Positions 1-10,228 are shown, counted from the stretch's first letter. The stretch is DNA of 64,000 nucleotides from SAR86 cluster bacterium (GCA_003331635.1 QOPH01000003.1:3145-67144); one strand, 5' to 3'. The notes: generated by a model from the letters alone, not told the origin. Program-made: numbers and translations.

Positions 1-2
1 TT

Positions 3-1025
3 TTTTTAGGAATTTTAACTTTTCTACTTTCAATTTTGGGCTCTTTTATAGTGAGGTCAGGCGTGCTTAACAGCGTTCATACATTTGCAGCCGATCCAAC
101 ACGTGGTATTTATTTATTAAGCATCTTTTCATTGTTTTCATTTATATCTTTTGTTGCTTTCTTTTACAAAACAAATAATTTGAGCAGCAAGTGGCCTAAT
201 CTTTTTTCAAGAACTTATTTAATTCTTTTGAATAATTTAATTATGATGACAATTCTTTTAATCGTATTTATTGGAACTTTATATCCACTATTCTATGAAT
301 CAATTTATCAACAACCTCTGAGTGTTGGCCCAAAATATTTCTCAGACTTAATTACACCTCTTGTAATTGCTTTAATTAGTATTTTCTCATTCGAAATTTT
401 TCTTGGGGCGAAAAATAAAGGCTTGATTCTAGTCTCTTTATTTTTAATTGTTCCATTATTATTTTTCATATATGGTTTTGTAAAAAATATCGGCATTCTC
501 TTTACAGGATTAATACTTATAGTTTTTATATTAAGAGGCGGGTATAAAATTGTTTTTGATAAAAGTAATAGGGAATCACATAAAATATTAGGACACTTTT
601 CAGTAATATTATTAACCTTTAGTGTTCTTTGTAATCATTTTTATTCAAAAAATGTTGATCTTAAACTAGCACCAAATGAGATGATCCAAGTATTCGATAG
701 AACAGTTTCATTTGAATCTATAGAGCTTGAGAATGAGGATAATTTTGACTCAATTAAAGCTAATTTTTTGATTGATTATCAAGGAAATGAGTCTTTGATA
801 CAAAGTGAAAGAAGAATATACAGGATAGGCGGACAAATAACCTCGGAAACAGGTATTAGTCCTAGCTTTTTAAGGGATTATTTAATAGTTTTAGGTGATA
901 GATACTCCGATGGCTCTTGGACACTATCCTTTTCTATAAAGTATGGAATTATGACAATTTGGCTATCCTCTGTACTGTTGATGATATCAATGCTTTATGG
1001 AATTATTAAAAGATCAAATGAATAG
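3..1025 (+). CDS. ccmF: Cytochrome c biogenesis heme lyase CcmF, C-terminal part (5' end outside window)
   Basis: Frame is open from base 3 (FLGILTFLLSILGSFIVRSGVLNSVHTFAADPTRG). SVH.FA.DP.RG and GTLYP motifs, multiple TM helices, upstream of ccmG/ccmH. Confidence 0.92.
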   Translation, partial: FLGILTFLLSILGSFIVRSGVLNSVHTFAADPTRGIYLLSIFSLFSFISFVAFFYKTNNLSSKWPNLFSRTYLILLNNLIMMTILLIVFIGTLYPLFYESIYQQPLSVGPKYFSDLITPLVIALISIFSFEIFLGAKNKGLILVSLFLIVPLLFFIYGFVKNIGILFTGLILIVFILRGGYKIVFDKSNRESHKILGHFSVILLTFSVLCNHFYSKNVDLKLAPNEMIQVFDRTVSFESIELENEDNFDSIKANFLIDYQGNESLIQSERRIYRIGGQITSETGISPSFLRDYLIVLGDRYSDGSWTLSFSIKYGIMTIWLSSVLLMISMLYGIIKRSNE

Positions 1026-1527
1026 AATTTTTATTGTTATTCTAAGTTTTTTAATCATTGGCATGATTTATCTATTTTCTTATTCATTGTCCAAACCAGA
1101 AATCTCAAGGATTAATAATCAAACCGGAAAGGACTTACCTGAATTTAAAAATCTAGTCGACTTAAATCAAGAAATTTTTGATCAAGAAGAGATACTTAAA
1201 GGAAAAGTTTTATTAAATGTGTGGGCTAGTTGGTGCATTACATGCAAAGTAGAGCATCCTTTTTTAAAAAAAATCTCAGAAGAAAAAAATCTAAAAATTG
1301 TTGGTATCAACTACAAAGACCAACTCAGTGATGCAATTTCATATTTGGAAGATAATGGAGACCCTTACGATAATTCAATCTTTGACTTAGGTGGTGATTA
1401 CTCTCTGAAACTAGGCGTAATTGGTGCTCCAGAAACATTCTTAGTAATCGATGGAAAAATAGTTAGTCATAGGGTTGGAGAGCTGAATAGAAAAATTTGG
1501 GAGAGGGAATTTGAAAGTTTTTTTTAG
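1018..1527 (+). CDS. ccmG: Thiol:disulfide interchange protein CcmG/DsbE
   Basis: N-terminal TM anchor, LNVWASWCITC thioredoxin motif, GAPETF. The ATG at 1018 overlapping the ccmF stop is more likely than the ORF-track start at 997. Confidence 0.9.
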   Translation: MNRIFIVILSFLIIGMIYLFSYSLSKPEISRINNQTGKDLPEFKNLVDLNQEIFDQEEILKGKVLLNVWASWCITCKVEHPFLKKISEEKNLKIVGINYKDQLSDAISYLEDNGDPYDNSIFDLGGDYSLKLGVIGAPETFLVIDGKIVSHRVGELNRKIWEREFESFF

Positions 1528-1894
1528 TCTAGTTCTTCTTAGTTCAAGCCTCATTTTTGCAGAAAAACTTTATTCAAATTTAACAGAAGAAGAAATTTTA
1601 CGTCTTGATACAATTTCAGAAAATATAAGATGCCCTAAATGTGATTATGGAAATATAAATAGTTCAAATGCTCCAATTTCAAAAGATCTTAAAAAAGAAA
1701 TTTCATATTTGATTAGTAATGGGAAGTCAGATAAAGAAATCTATGATTTGATGAGAGAAAGGTATGGAAATTACATTATTTTGAATGAAGAAATTGGTAA
1801 AAATAATTTGCTTATTTATCTTCCATTAATTGTTTTAATTCTGTCTATTGGCCTTGTAACCATCTATACTATTAAAAAACGAAATGAGACTTAA
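1511..1894 (+). CDS. ccmH: Cytochrome c biogenesis protein CcmH (short form, no TPR/CcmI part)
   Basis: Signal peptide, IRCPKC motif, 'ERYGNYI', C-terminal TM helix, ccm context. Confidence 0.88.
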   Translation: MKVFFSLVLLSSSLIFAEKLYSNLTEEEILRLDTISENIRCPKCDYGNINSSNAPISKDLKKEISYLISNGKSDKEIYDLMRERYGNYIILNEEIGKNNLLIYLPLIVLILSIGLVTIYTIKKRNET

Positions 1895-4088
1895 AAGCTT
1901 AAAACTCTCTGGATTTAAAAGTTTCGTTGATCCGATTCAAGTAGACTTCCCTGGAATAATGTGTGGCATTGTTGGTCCAAATGGTTGTGGAAAGTCAAAC
2001 ATAATTGATGCAATCAAATGGGTAAAAGGAGAGCTGTCAGCGAAAAGTCTTCGTAGTGAAAGTCTTCAAGATGTAATTTTTAATGGCTCAGATAATAGAA
2101 AGCCCGTAAGCCATTGCTCTGTTGAACTCTTTTTTGATAATTCTGAAAATTTTTTGGGTGGAGAATATCTCAAATTTGATGAAGTGAGTGTTAAAAGAGA
2201 AATGGGAAGAGATGGCCAGTCAACTTATTTTATAAATAATGCTTCAGCAAGAAGAAGAGATGTTCAAGATTTATTCCTTGGGACAGGGTTAGGTGCGAAT
2301 AGTTATGCAATTATTGAGCAAGGAATAATATCTAGTCTAGTTAGTGCAAAGCCAGAGGAGCTGAGAAGTTATGTGGAAGAAGCTGCTGGAATAACAAAAT
2401 ACAAAGAGAGAAAAAGAGAAACTGAATCAAGAATAAAAAGAACTTCAGAAAATATTGATAGACTCAAAGATCTTGAGGATGAAGTAAAAAGATCTATAAG
2501 GAGACTTAATGCAGAAGCAAATTTAACTACTAAATACAAAAAACTTAGAGAGAAAGAGAAAGAACTTTCAAAATTTTTAATCAACTATGAAATCAATGCA
2601 TTAACAGATCAGCTTAAATCTGCTGAGAAAGAAAATAAAAGTACTGAAGATGGAATAGAAAAACTTGATGGGGAAAGATTAGCTTTCACTTCAAAAAGAG
2701 ATGTGAGTAAAACAAAGCTAATGGAGGGTCTAAAAGATTTAGAGGATCAGCAGAGAGTATTTTTTGAACTGGGTGCAAAGATTTCATTAATAGAGGAGAA
2801 AGAAAAGTCATCAAATGTAAGAATTTCTGAATTAGAGCTTGAACAAGAAAAAAATAAAAAGAATTTAGCTGATTTAAGCGATGATGGTAGAGCTTTCGAA
2901 ACATCATCTGCTGAATCTGATGTTGAAAAAGTAATAGAAAGTGAAGTTTCTATTGAAATCAAAAAGTTTCAAGGAAAGGTTGATGAAAGCGTATTCGAAA
3001 TTTTGAAACAGTCATTAATTAAATTTTGGAAAAAAGGTTTTGACTTTGGAAAAGGAAAGGGTTCTGACAATTCAGAAACTATTAACTCTCTTAAAGAACA
3101 ATTTGTTGAGAGAAACAAAGCAATCATCAAAGAAATTGAGGGCATAAAAGAAGATCTTAAAAATGAAAAATCTGGACTTTCTGATCTTGTCGAAAATAGA
3201 AAGGAGCAAGAAGGAAAAATTACTACCCTTAGAGCAAATCAGGATAATTTAAATGAAGAAGTCAGAAAATTTGAGGCAGAAATCACAAGACTTGAAACAC
3301 AGAAGGAAGCAATATCACAAAAAAGAAACGAAGAAGAGGTTAATAAAAGAAGTTTAGAAAACGAAATCAAGGAAAAGACTGAGAAACTTAATACTTATAA
3401 AGATGTGAAAGATATTCAAGGAGAAAAAGAGGACATAAATATCGAATTAGAAAGGCTGCAACAGAAAATTATGAATCTAGGGCCTATCAATTTTGCAGCC
3501 CCTGAAACACTAGAAGCGGAAAAGCAAAGAAAAGAGGTCTTAACTAGTCAGATTGAGGAATTAGTTGAATCATTATCAAAACTAGATGAGGCAATTAAAA
3601 AGATAGATAGAGAATCTAATAAGTCTTTCAATGATTGCTTAAATTCAACTAATAAGTTTCTAGAGGAAATTTTCCCAAAACTTTTTGATGGTGGATTTTG
3701 TAAATTGAATCCTGTTGATAGCTCTGAAGACTCTGGATTAATTTTAATGGCTAGATTGCCTGGAAAAAAGAATACAAAACTATCTCAGTTATCAGGTGGT
3801 GAAAAGGCATTAACAGCTCTTGCTTTAGTTTTTTCATTGTTTTCTATAAATCCTGCTCCATTTTGTTTGCTAGATGAGGTCGATGCACCATTAGATGATG
3901 AAAACACTGTAAGGTTTATTAATTTAGTGTCTGAAATGTCTTCTAAGGTCCAATTTATTTTTGTAACACATAATAAAATATCAATGGAAAAAAGCACTCA
4001 TCTCCTTGGAGTGACTATGAGAGATCTAGGAGTTTCAAAAGTTGTTTCTGTGGACGTAGAACAGGCAATGGAGCTTACACAATCTTGA
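1884..4088 (+). CDS. smc: Chromosome segregation ATPase Smc, unusually short (734 aa), no recognisable hinge
   Basis: Walker A GPNGCGKSN, Q-loop IIEQG, EEAAGI, LGPINFAA, signature LSGGEKA, Walker B LDEVDAPLD, H-loop FVTHN, and smc-zipA-ligA synteny. Confidence 0.9.
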   Translation: MRLKSLKLSGFKSFVDPIQVDFPGIMCGIVGPNGCGKSNIIDAIKWVKGELSAKSLRSESLQDVIFNGSDNRKPVSHCSVELFFDNSENFLGGEYLKFDEVSVKREMGRDGQSTYFINNASARRRDVQDLFLGTGLGANSYAIIEQGIISSLVSAKPEELRSYVEEAAGITKYKERKRETESRIKRTSENIDRLKDLEDEVKRSIRRLNAEANLTTKYKKLREKEKELSKFLINYEINALTDQLKSAEKENKSTEDGIEKLDGERLAFTSKRDVSKTKLMEGLKDLEDQQRVFFELGAKISLIEEKEKSSNVRISELELEQEKNKKNLADLSDDGRAFETSSAESDVEKVIESEVSIEIKKFQGKVDESVFEILKQSLIKFWKKGFDFGKGKGSDNSETINSLKEQFVERNKAIIKEIEGIKEDLKNEKSGLSDLVENRKEQEGKITTLRANQDNLNEEVRKFEAEITRLETQKEAISQKRNEEEVNKRSLENEIKEKTEKLNTYKDVKDIQGEKEDINIELERLQQKIMNLGPINFAAPETLEAEKQRKEVLTSQIEELVESLSKLDEAIKKIDRESNKSFNDCLNSTNKFLEEIFPKLFDGGFCKLNPVDSSEDSGLILMARLPGKKNTKLSQLSGGEKALTALALVFSLFSINPAPFCLLDEVDAPLDDENTVRFINLVSEMSSKVQFIFVTHNKISMEKSTHLLGVTMRDLGVSKVVSVDVEQAMELTQS

Positions 4089-4732
4089 TTGATAATCCTT
4101 ATATTCAATATTCAATTTACATTATTTTTGGATTAATAATTCTTGCACTAATTGCCATAAAGGCCTATTCAATCTTCAAAAATAAGAATGGTTTGAAATT
4201 TTCAAAAGACTTAAATAAAAATAAAAAAAATGATGAAGGGAGCGTAACTCCAATAAATCAGAATTCTAGCGGAGGACCTCCTGAACAAATACAAATAGAT
4301 TTCAGTGCCAAAACAATCTCCTTGATTCTGAAGGCAAGAATCAATACTACTCCGATGTATGAAATCTTGAAAGCGAAGTTAAATAGTGCAGGCCTTAACG
4401 AAAAAAAACACCCAACAGAAGATGGGTATTTTTTTACTTCAAAACATGATGAAGGTGACAACAAGTTTTATGTCCTTAATCTTAAAACTCCCGGTACATT
4501 TTTAGAAAATCAGGAAGTAGAGGCAATAAACCTAACTCTTGAAATGCCTAATAGTATTAAAAAGAAAACTGAAGGATTGACTGTTTTCAATGAAATGATT
4601 GATTTAGCAAATTCAATCAAAAGTAACTTTGATATGGGACTTTTTGATGAGAATTTAAATAAAGTAGATGCTCAAACTTTGGAATATCTTAGAGAAGAAG
4701 TTTCACAAATAGATATGGGATATGGCACCTGA
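4085..4732 (+). CDS. zipA: Cell division protein ZipA-like
   Basis: N-terminal TM helix, short linker, C-terminal domain with 'F.VLNLKTPGTF' and 'FNEMIDLANSI....D.....LD.QTLEYLRE' pattern. Lies between smc and ligA. Confidence 0.7.
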   Translation: MIDNPYIQYSIYIIFGLIILALIAIKAYSIFKNKNGLKFSKDLNKNKKNDEGSVTPINQNSSGGPPEQIQIDFSAKTISLILKARINTTPMYEILKAKLNSAGLNEKKHPTEDGYFFTSKHDEGDNKFYVLNLKTPGTFLENQEVEAINLTLEMPNSIKKKTEGLTVFNEMIDLANSIKSNFDMGLFDENLNKVDAQTLEYLREEVSQIDMGYGT

Positions 4733-6698
4733 AGAAGAAATAAATAAGTTAAAAGCGGAACTTGAACGTCATAATAAGCTTTATCATCAAGACGATAATC
4801 CAGAAATATCTGATGCAGAATACGATGCTTTATATCAAAGATTTAAAGATTTAGAGACAAAACAAAACAAGAAAAAAAAACTATCACCAACCGATAAAGT
4901 CGGCGCAAAGCCTGCTAGAAATTTTGAAAAACATGATCACATCAAGCCAATGCTTTCTTTAAATAATGTCTTTAATGAAGAAGAGTTTGAAAAATTTGAA
5001 GAAAGGGTTCTAAAAAGGGTTGGAAACCAAGAAATAATTTATTCAATTGAGCCAAAATTTGATGGTATTGGAGTATCGCTTACCTACGAAAAAGGAAAAT
5101 TATCCAAGGCTGTAACGAGAGGTGATGGCATAACAGGTGAAGTGATTACTGAAAATGTTAAAACCATCAAACATATACCACTTACTCTAAAAGATTATCC
5201 AGAAGTAATTGAAATAAGGGGAGAGGTATTTTTTAGACTAAAACACTTTAAAAATATAAATGAAGAAATTGAGAGAAAAAATGGAAAGAAGTTTTTGAGC
5301 CCAAGAAATGCTGCGGCTGGAACTCTTAGAAATCTTGATAGAGAGGTTGTTGCAAGCAGACCACTAGATGTATTTTTTTATGGTTTGGGTGGACATAGCA
5401 GTGATTTTACAAAGCGAAATCAGAAAGATTTTTTAAATTTTCTTAAAGAAAATAATTTTTCAACTAATGAATTTACAAATTTTTCTTATAGAAGTGGGGT
5501 AAAAGATCATGTCGATAAAATTTTGTCTTCTCGTGAAGGTTTAGATTACGAAATTGATGGAGCGGTAGTTAAAGTAGATGATTTTTCCAAACAAGAAAAA
5601 CTTGGCTTTGTGTCTAAGGCTCCAAGATGGGCCGTAGCGTGGAAATTTCCAGCAACAGAAAAGGTTTCCAAAGTAAAGAAAGTTCTTTTTTCTGTAGGCA
5701 GAACAGGAGTAATTACACCTTTTGCAACAATTGAACCAGTACTAATTGCTGGTGCAAATATTTCAAATATTTCTTTGCATAATATGGATGAATTAAAACG
5801 TCTTGAAATAATGGATAATGATAGTGTTCTTGTCAGGAGAGCAGGAGATGTTATCCCACAGCTTGTTAAGGTAAATAAAGAGTTACGCTCAGGTGATGAA
5901 ACTCCAGTAAAAATTCCAGACAAATGTCCATCATGTGAATCAGAACTTTTTCTTGATGGTCCTTTCTTGAAATGTGGTGCTGGAATGAAATGCAAAAAAC
6001 AACTCTTTGGTTTTTTTGAACATTTTGTTTCGAGAAAGGCGATGAATATTGAGGGTCTTGGATACAAAATAAATAAAACTTTAATCAATTTAGGATATAT
6101 GAAATCAGCTGCAGATTTATTCAGATTAAAAAAATATGAAAGTGAGCTTAAATCACTAGAAGGCTTTGGTGAGAAATCAATTGAGAATCTTTTTCAGAGC
6201 ATTGAGAGCTCAAGAGAGCCAAGTCTTGCAATGTTTATATATTCGCTTGGCATACCAGAGGTTGGTGAGACAACCGCATCTAGTTTAGCGAGATACTTTA
6301 AAACTTTTTCTAATTTTAAAAATACAAATCTAGATGAATTGTTACAAATGGATAATATTGGAGATATTGTTGCTCAAAAGATTATAAATTTCCTTTCTAC
6401 TGATCCGATTGGTATTGATGATTTAGTAAATGAATTAAGCATTAAAGATTTTGTGGTTACTGAAGATAGCCATTTAGATAATAAAAAGATTGTTATTACA
6501 GGTACTTTTGAAGGGTATAGTAGAGAAGAGTTGAAAGATATAATTAAAGATAAAGGCGGCATTCCATCAAGCAGCGTGAGTTCAAAAACAAATTATTTAA
6601 TTTGTGGCGAAAATCCTGGCTCTAAATTAAGAAAGGCAGAAGAATTTGGCATAGAATTAGTTAAAGAGGAAAACTTAAAAGAGTTTTTAAAAATATGA
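4722..6698 (+). CDS. ligA: NAD-dependent DNA ligase
   Basis: EPKFDG adenylation motif, TRGDG, EIRGE, PRWAVAWKF, Zn finger CPSC..C..C, HhH repeats, C-terminal BRCT. Confidence 0.97.
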   Translation: MAPEEEINKLKAELERHNKLYHQDDNPEISDAEYDALYQRFKDLETKQNKKKKLSPTDKVGAKPARNFEKHDHIKPMLSLNNVFNEEEFEKFEERVLKRVGNQEIIYSIEPKFDGIGVSLTYEKGKLSKAVTRGDGITGEVITENVKTIKHIPLTLKDYPEVIEIRGEVFFRLKHFKNINEEIERKNGKKFLSPRNAAAGTLRNLDREVVASRPLDVFFYGLGGHSSDFTKRNQKDFLNFLKENNFSTNEFTNFSYRSGVKDHVDKILSSREGLDYEIDGAVVKVDDFSKQEKLGFVSKAPRWAVAWKFPATEKVSKVKKVLFSVGRTGVITPFATIEPVLIAGANISNISLHNMDELKRLEIMDNDSVLVRRAGDVIPQLVKVNKELRSGDETPVKIPDKCPSCESELFLDGPFLKCGAGMKCKKQLFGFFEHFVSRKAMNIEGLGYKINKTLINLGYMKSAADLFRLKKYESELKSLEGFGEKSIENLFQSIESSREPSLAMFIYSLGIPEVGETTASSLARYFKTFSNFKNTNLDELLQMDNIGDIVAQKIINFLSTDPIGIDDLVNELSIKDFVVTEDSHLDNKKIVITGTFEGYSREELKDIIKDKGGIPSSSVSSKTNYLICGENPGSKLRKAEEFGIELVKEENLKEFLKI

Positions 6699-7297
6699 TA
6701 AGAGCAATATTATCAAGCATTCTGTTAATTCTTCTAACTACATGTTCAAATGAAATTCCATTAAATCAGGATGATATTTGTAAGATGCTTGACGATAACC
6801 CATCATGGAAAAAGCCACTTTTAGATACTGAGAAAAAATGGGGAGCAAAACCAAGCACTGTAATGGCAATTATAAGGCAGGAGTCTTCATTCAATTCAAG
6901 GGCTGCACCTGACAGGGAAAAAATTCTTTGGGTTTTTCCTGGAAAAAGACCTTCCTCAGCAAGAGGGTACTCTCAAGCAGTAAAATCTACATGGGAAGAT
7001 TATCAAAACGAAACTGGAAACAATTGGGCAAGGAGGGCAAGTTTCAAGAATTCAGTTGATTTTATTGGCTGGTACCTTTCAAAAGCAAGATCATCAGGAA
7101 TACAAAACTATGAGGTAGAAAAATTATATTTAGCCTACCATGAGGGTTATGGTGGTTATAAAAGAGGGACATTTAAAGAAAAAGATTGGCTCTTGTCAGT
7201 TGCAAAAAAAGTAAAACTTAACGCAGCAAAATATGAAAGACAACTAAAAAACTGTGAGATTGCAGTCAAAAAAAGAAGCTGGAATATATTTGATTAG
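6695..7297 (+). CDS. Lipoprotein with lytic transglycosylase (SLT-like) domain
   Basis: Lipobox LLTTC, AIIRQESSF catalytic Glu motif, GYSQA, LYLAYHEG. Confidence 0.8.
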   Translation: MIRAILSSILLILLTTCSNEIPLNQDDICKMLDDNPSWKKPLLDTEKKWGAKPSTVMAIIRQESSFNSRAAPDREKILWVFPGKRPSSARGYSQAVKSTWEDYQNETGNNWARRASFKNSVDFIGWYLSKARSSGIQNYEVEKLYLAYHEGYGGYKRGTFKEKDWLLSVAKKVKLNAAKYERQLKNCEIAVKKRSWNIFD

Positions 7298-10176
7298 ATT
7301 TTTCTAATTTGAAAACCGTTTTCTTGAGCAGTTTTTTCAAAATTAGGGTTAATGATAGAGAAAACTGATTTTTTTCTGTCCTTTAAATTTTTTGCAGCCT
7401 CTACAATTTCATCTGTTTTGATTTCTAAAATATTATTTCTATATGCAGACCTATCCTTTTGGGACTTCCCTTCCAGATTTAATCTGTAATCCTTAAAAGC
7501 TTCTCCTGCTGGAGAGGAAGGTTTATCGATATCTGATAAAACTGAAAGCTTTGCCTCTAAAAGAATTTCTTCACTGAAATCACCTTTTAAAGCCCATTCT
7601 AATGAATCTTCAAAATCTTGAATTGTGTCTATGAAGCGAGGATCTCTATATGAAAACATTTTAAATGTTCCAGAGAAAGGATCATAAACTGCTCCACCAC
7701 CATATGCTCCTCCTTGTTCTCTTACTCTTTTATGAAGATATTCATTTCTTAAGAGACTGGATAAAAGAAGATACTTTGCAGATTCCTTTGGATCATAAAT
7801 CGGTGCATCCATCGATAACGCTGAGAAATTTACTTGTGTATTTATAGGCATTGCAATTTTGTGAAATTCTTGTTTAAAAGGAAGTTCAACTTTTGAATCA
7901 CCTTCCATTTTGAAATTTAAGGATCTAATATCTTTTACTTCATCTTTAGTTAGTAGAACATTTGATACAAACATCAATTCATTTGCAGAGCTCTTGTTTG
8001 CGTCGAAAAACTTAACTTGTTTTTCAAGTTCAGCTTTAAGCATTTCCTCATTATTTGAAACAAAAGGCGCAAATTTATAAAGAGAACTAAGTCCAGAGCT
8101 TAATTCTTGCATGAGAGATAATTTATTGTGACTTGAAGATGCTGCTAACATCGCAAATCTATGTCCATTTTCAACAATTGTTTGCTGAAGGCCCATAAAA
8201 TTTTGAAAAACTAATTCTTTAATTCTCTTATCGTTATCAAATTTTGTTTCATTAAGAATCTCAAACATCAATTTTGTAACTTCAAGCGAGTTCTCTGGTA
8301 ATGATTTGGAAGAAAGAGAAAGTTTGCCTTTTATCTCTTCATTCTTATCAAGATAAAAATGCGAAGACGCATTTATTCCGCCTGATATTTTTGAAATTGC
8401 TTCCTGAAGTTTTAAGTAGTCCTTATTTTTAGTGTCAATTCTTCCTAAAAGTGATGACAAGATCATTAAATCACCTACTTGATCAAGTCCCTCAATGTTT
8501 ACATCTCTGGTAATCGATTGATATGTAAGTCCGTTGGTTGGTTGTTCATAGAATGTAGGAGAGTATCCAAAAGTAACAAGTTTCTTTGATTTAGGATAAG
8601 TTAAATTTTTTGGGACATCTGATAGTTCAAGTTTTGGTAAAACATCTTTATTAGGTTTTGCGTTTTGTCTATCTGCAAGGATTTTTGATTCATTTACAAG
8701 CTCTAGCTTTTCTTTGCTGCTCATTGATGCTTTCAAGTTATCAAGAATTTTTCTTAGTTCAGATTCTTTCTTATTTATAAGCTCAAGATCAGGCATCATC
8801 TCAAGATTTACACGATGTTGGTTATCTACGAAGTTTCTTTTGACAATATTTTGTAGGTAATTCTTCTTCTTAGCATTCTCTTTGAGTCTTTTTAGTGCTT
8901 CATCAACATTTGAAAGGACAAGTGGATCTGACTTATATAGAGATCCAGGTGCAAGCGAAAGAAGAATTTGTAATCCATAAGGCAATGATCCTGCAGAAAT
9001 TTCTCTTCTGTTTAACTCTAATTGATAAAGAGCTGCGTCAATTTGCTCATCCTTGAAGCCATTTTTCACTATATCTGCAAAAGTTTTGTCAATCAGTGCA
9101 TTAAATTTTGATTGGGAGTTTTCTTCACTTCCTTCAATACCGCATATGAACATTAAATGCCTCATGCTATCTTCTAAGCCTAGAATCTGAGCAGGTGATT
9201 TACCTATATCATTCGACTCTAATGCCTTGTAAAGTGGCGTTGCAGAATTTCCTAGTAAAAGAAGAGCAACAAGATGAGATTCTAATAATTCATCTATATT
9301 GGAACTTTCACCCAAAACCCATGCACAATAATTTTGATGACTACTTTGCTCTTTTGATACTGGGTTGAAGACTTCCTCAGCATTCACACTTTTCGCAAAC
9401 GACTTTTGAGGCTTTACTATTTCAATTTTATCTTGTGAGATATTTTCGAATTTATTTTTTAATTTATCTGTTATAAATTTTTGAATCTCTTTTGCATCAA
9501 TGTCTCCCCATGTGAAATAAGTAGCATTAGACGGATGATAAAATTTACTATGAAAATTCTTGAGATAATCATGAGTTAATTCAATTATTTCTTTTGGCTC
9601 TCCACCGCTATTGTGTCTGTAAGTCAGATCTGGAAACAAATTTTTTGTTAAAGCCTGCCATGTTACACTTGAAATATTACTCATTGAGCCCTTCATTTCA
9701 TTAAACACAACACCTTTATATTCCAGATCAGAGCTGCTTTTATCTAGCTTTGAAAATTCGAGTCTGTGTCCTTCCTGTTTAAAATCTTCTTCTTCAAGAA
9801 TGGGGAAATAAGCTGCATCTAGGTAAACATCCAGAAGATTGTAAAAATCTTTTTTATTTTGAGTAGCAAAAGGATAAGCAGTCCAATCACTAGATGTAAA
9901 TGCATTCATAAAAGTGCTCATTGACCTTCTGAGCATCATGAAAAAGGGATCTCGTACCTTAAATTTTTCAGAACCACATAGTGTTGTGTGTTCAAGGATA
10001 TGAGCTACACCTGTTGAATTTTCAGGGATTGTACGAAACATAACCATGAAAACCAGTTCTTTTGAATCATTTTTGAGGTGAATGTGTTCAGAGCCGTAAT
10101 CATCAAGCAAATACCTCTCTGCCTCGAATCCTAGAGATTTATTTTGTTTTTTATCTAAAAGTTTAAAACCACGCAT
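7294..10176 (-). CDS. M16C (presequence protease/insulinase-like) zinc metallopeptidase
   Basis: Inverted zincin HILEH, 'FMNAFTSSDWTAYPFA', 'GVVFNEMKG', 'REQGGAYGG', 'SYRDP'. Confidence 0.93.
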   Translation of the reverse strand: MRGFKLLDKKQNKSLGFEAERYLLDDYGSEHIHLKNDSKELVFMVMFRTIPENSTGVAHILEHTTLCGSEKFKVRDPFFMMLRRSMSTFMNAFTSSDWTAYPFATQNKKDFYNLLDVYLDAAYFPILEEEDFKQEGHRLEFSKLDKSSSDLEYKGVVFNEMKGSMSNISSVTWQALTKNLFPDLTYRHNSGGEPKEIIELTHDYLKNFHSKFYHPSNATYFTWGDIDAKEIQKFITDKLKNKFENISQDKIEIVKPQKSFAKSVNAEEVFNPVSKEQSSHQNYCAWVLGESSNIDELLESHLVALLLLGNSATPLYKALESNDIGKSPAQILGLEDSMRHLMFICGIEGSEENSQSKFNALIDKTFADIVKNGFKDEQIDAALYQLELNRREISAGSLPYGLQILLSLAPGSLYKSDPLVLSNVDEALKRLKENAKKKNYLQNIVKRNFVDNQHRVNLEMMPDLELINKKESELRKILDNLKASMSSKEKLELVNESKILADRQNAKPNKDVLPKLELSDVPKNLTYPKSKKLVTFGYSPTFYEQPTNGLTYQSITRDVNIEGLDQVGDLMILSSLLGRIDTKNKDYLKLQEAISKISGGINASSHFYLDKNEEIKGKLSLSSKSLPENSLEVTKLMFEILNETKFDNDKRIKELVFQNFMGLQQTIVENGHRFAMLAASSSHNKLSLMQELSSGLSSLYKFAPFVSNNEEMLKAELEKQVKFFDANKSSANELMFVSNVLLTKDEVKDIRSLNFKMEGDSKVELPFKQEFHKIAMPINTQVNFSALSMDAPIYDPKESAKYLLLSSLLRNEYLHKRVREQGGAYGGGAVYDPFSGTFKMFSYRDPRFIDTIQDFEDSLEWALKGDFSEEILLEAKLSVLSDIDKPSSPAGEAFKDYRLNLEGKSQKDRSAYRNNILEIKTDEIVEAAKNLKDRKKSVFSIINPNFEKTAQENGFQIRKI

Positions 10177-10228
10177 CTTGAATTTATTCTAGGGAACTAA
10201 TATATATATTATGAGTCATAAATAAAGT

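Noticed and set aside
1884-4088. Short SMC-like protein as RecN, SbcC/Rad50 or Wadjet/MksB
   Set aside because: The head motifs (EEAAGI, LGPINFAA, LDEVDAPLD) and zipA-ligA synteny are those of housekeeping Smc. There is no zinc hook and no jet/mks or sbcD neighbours.
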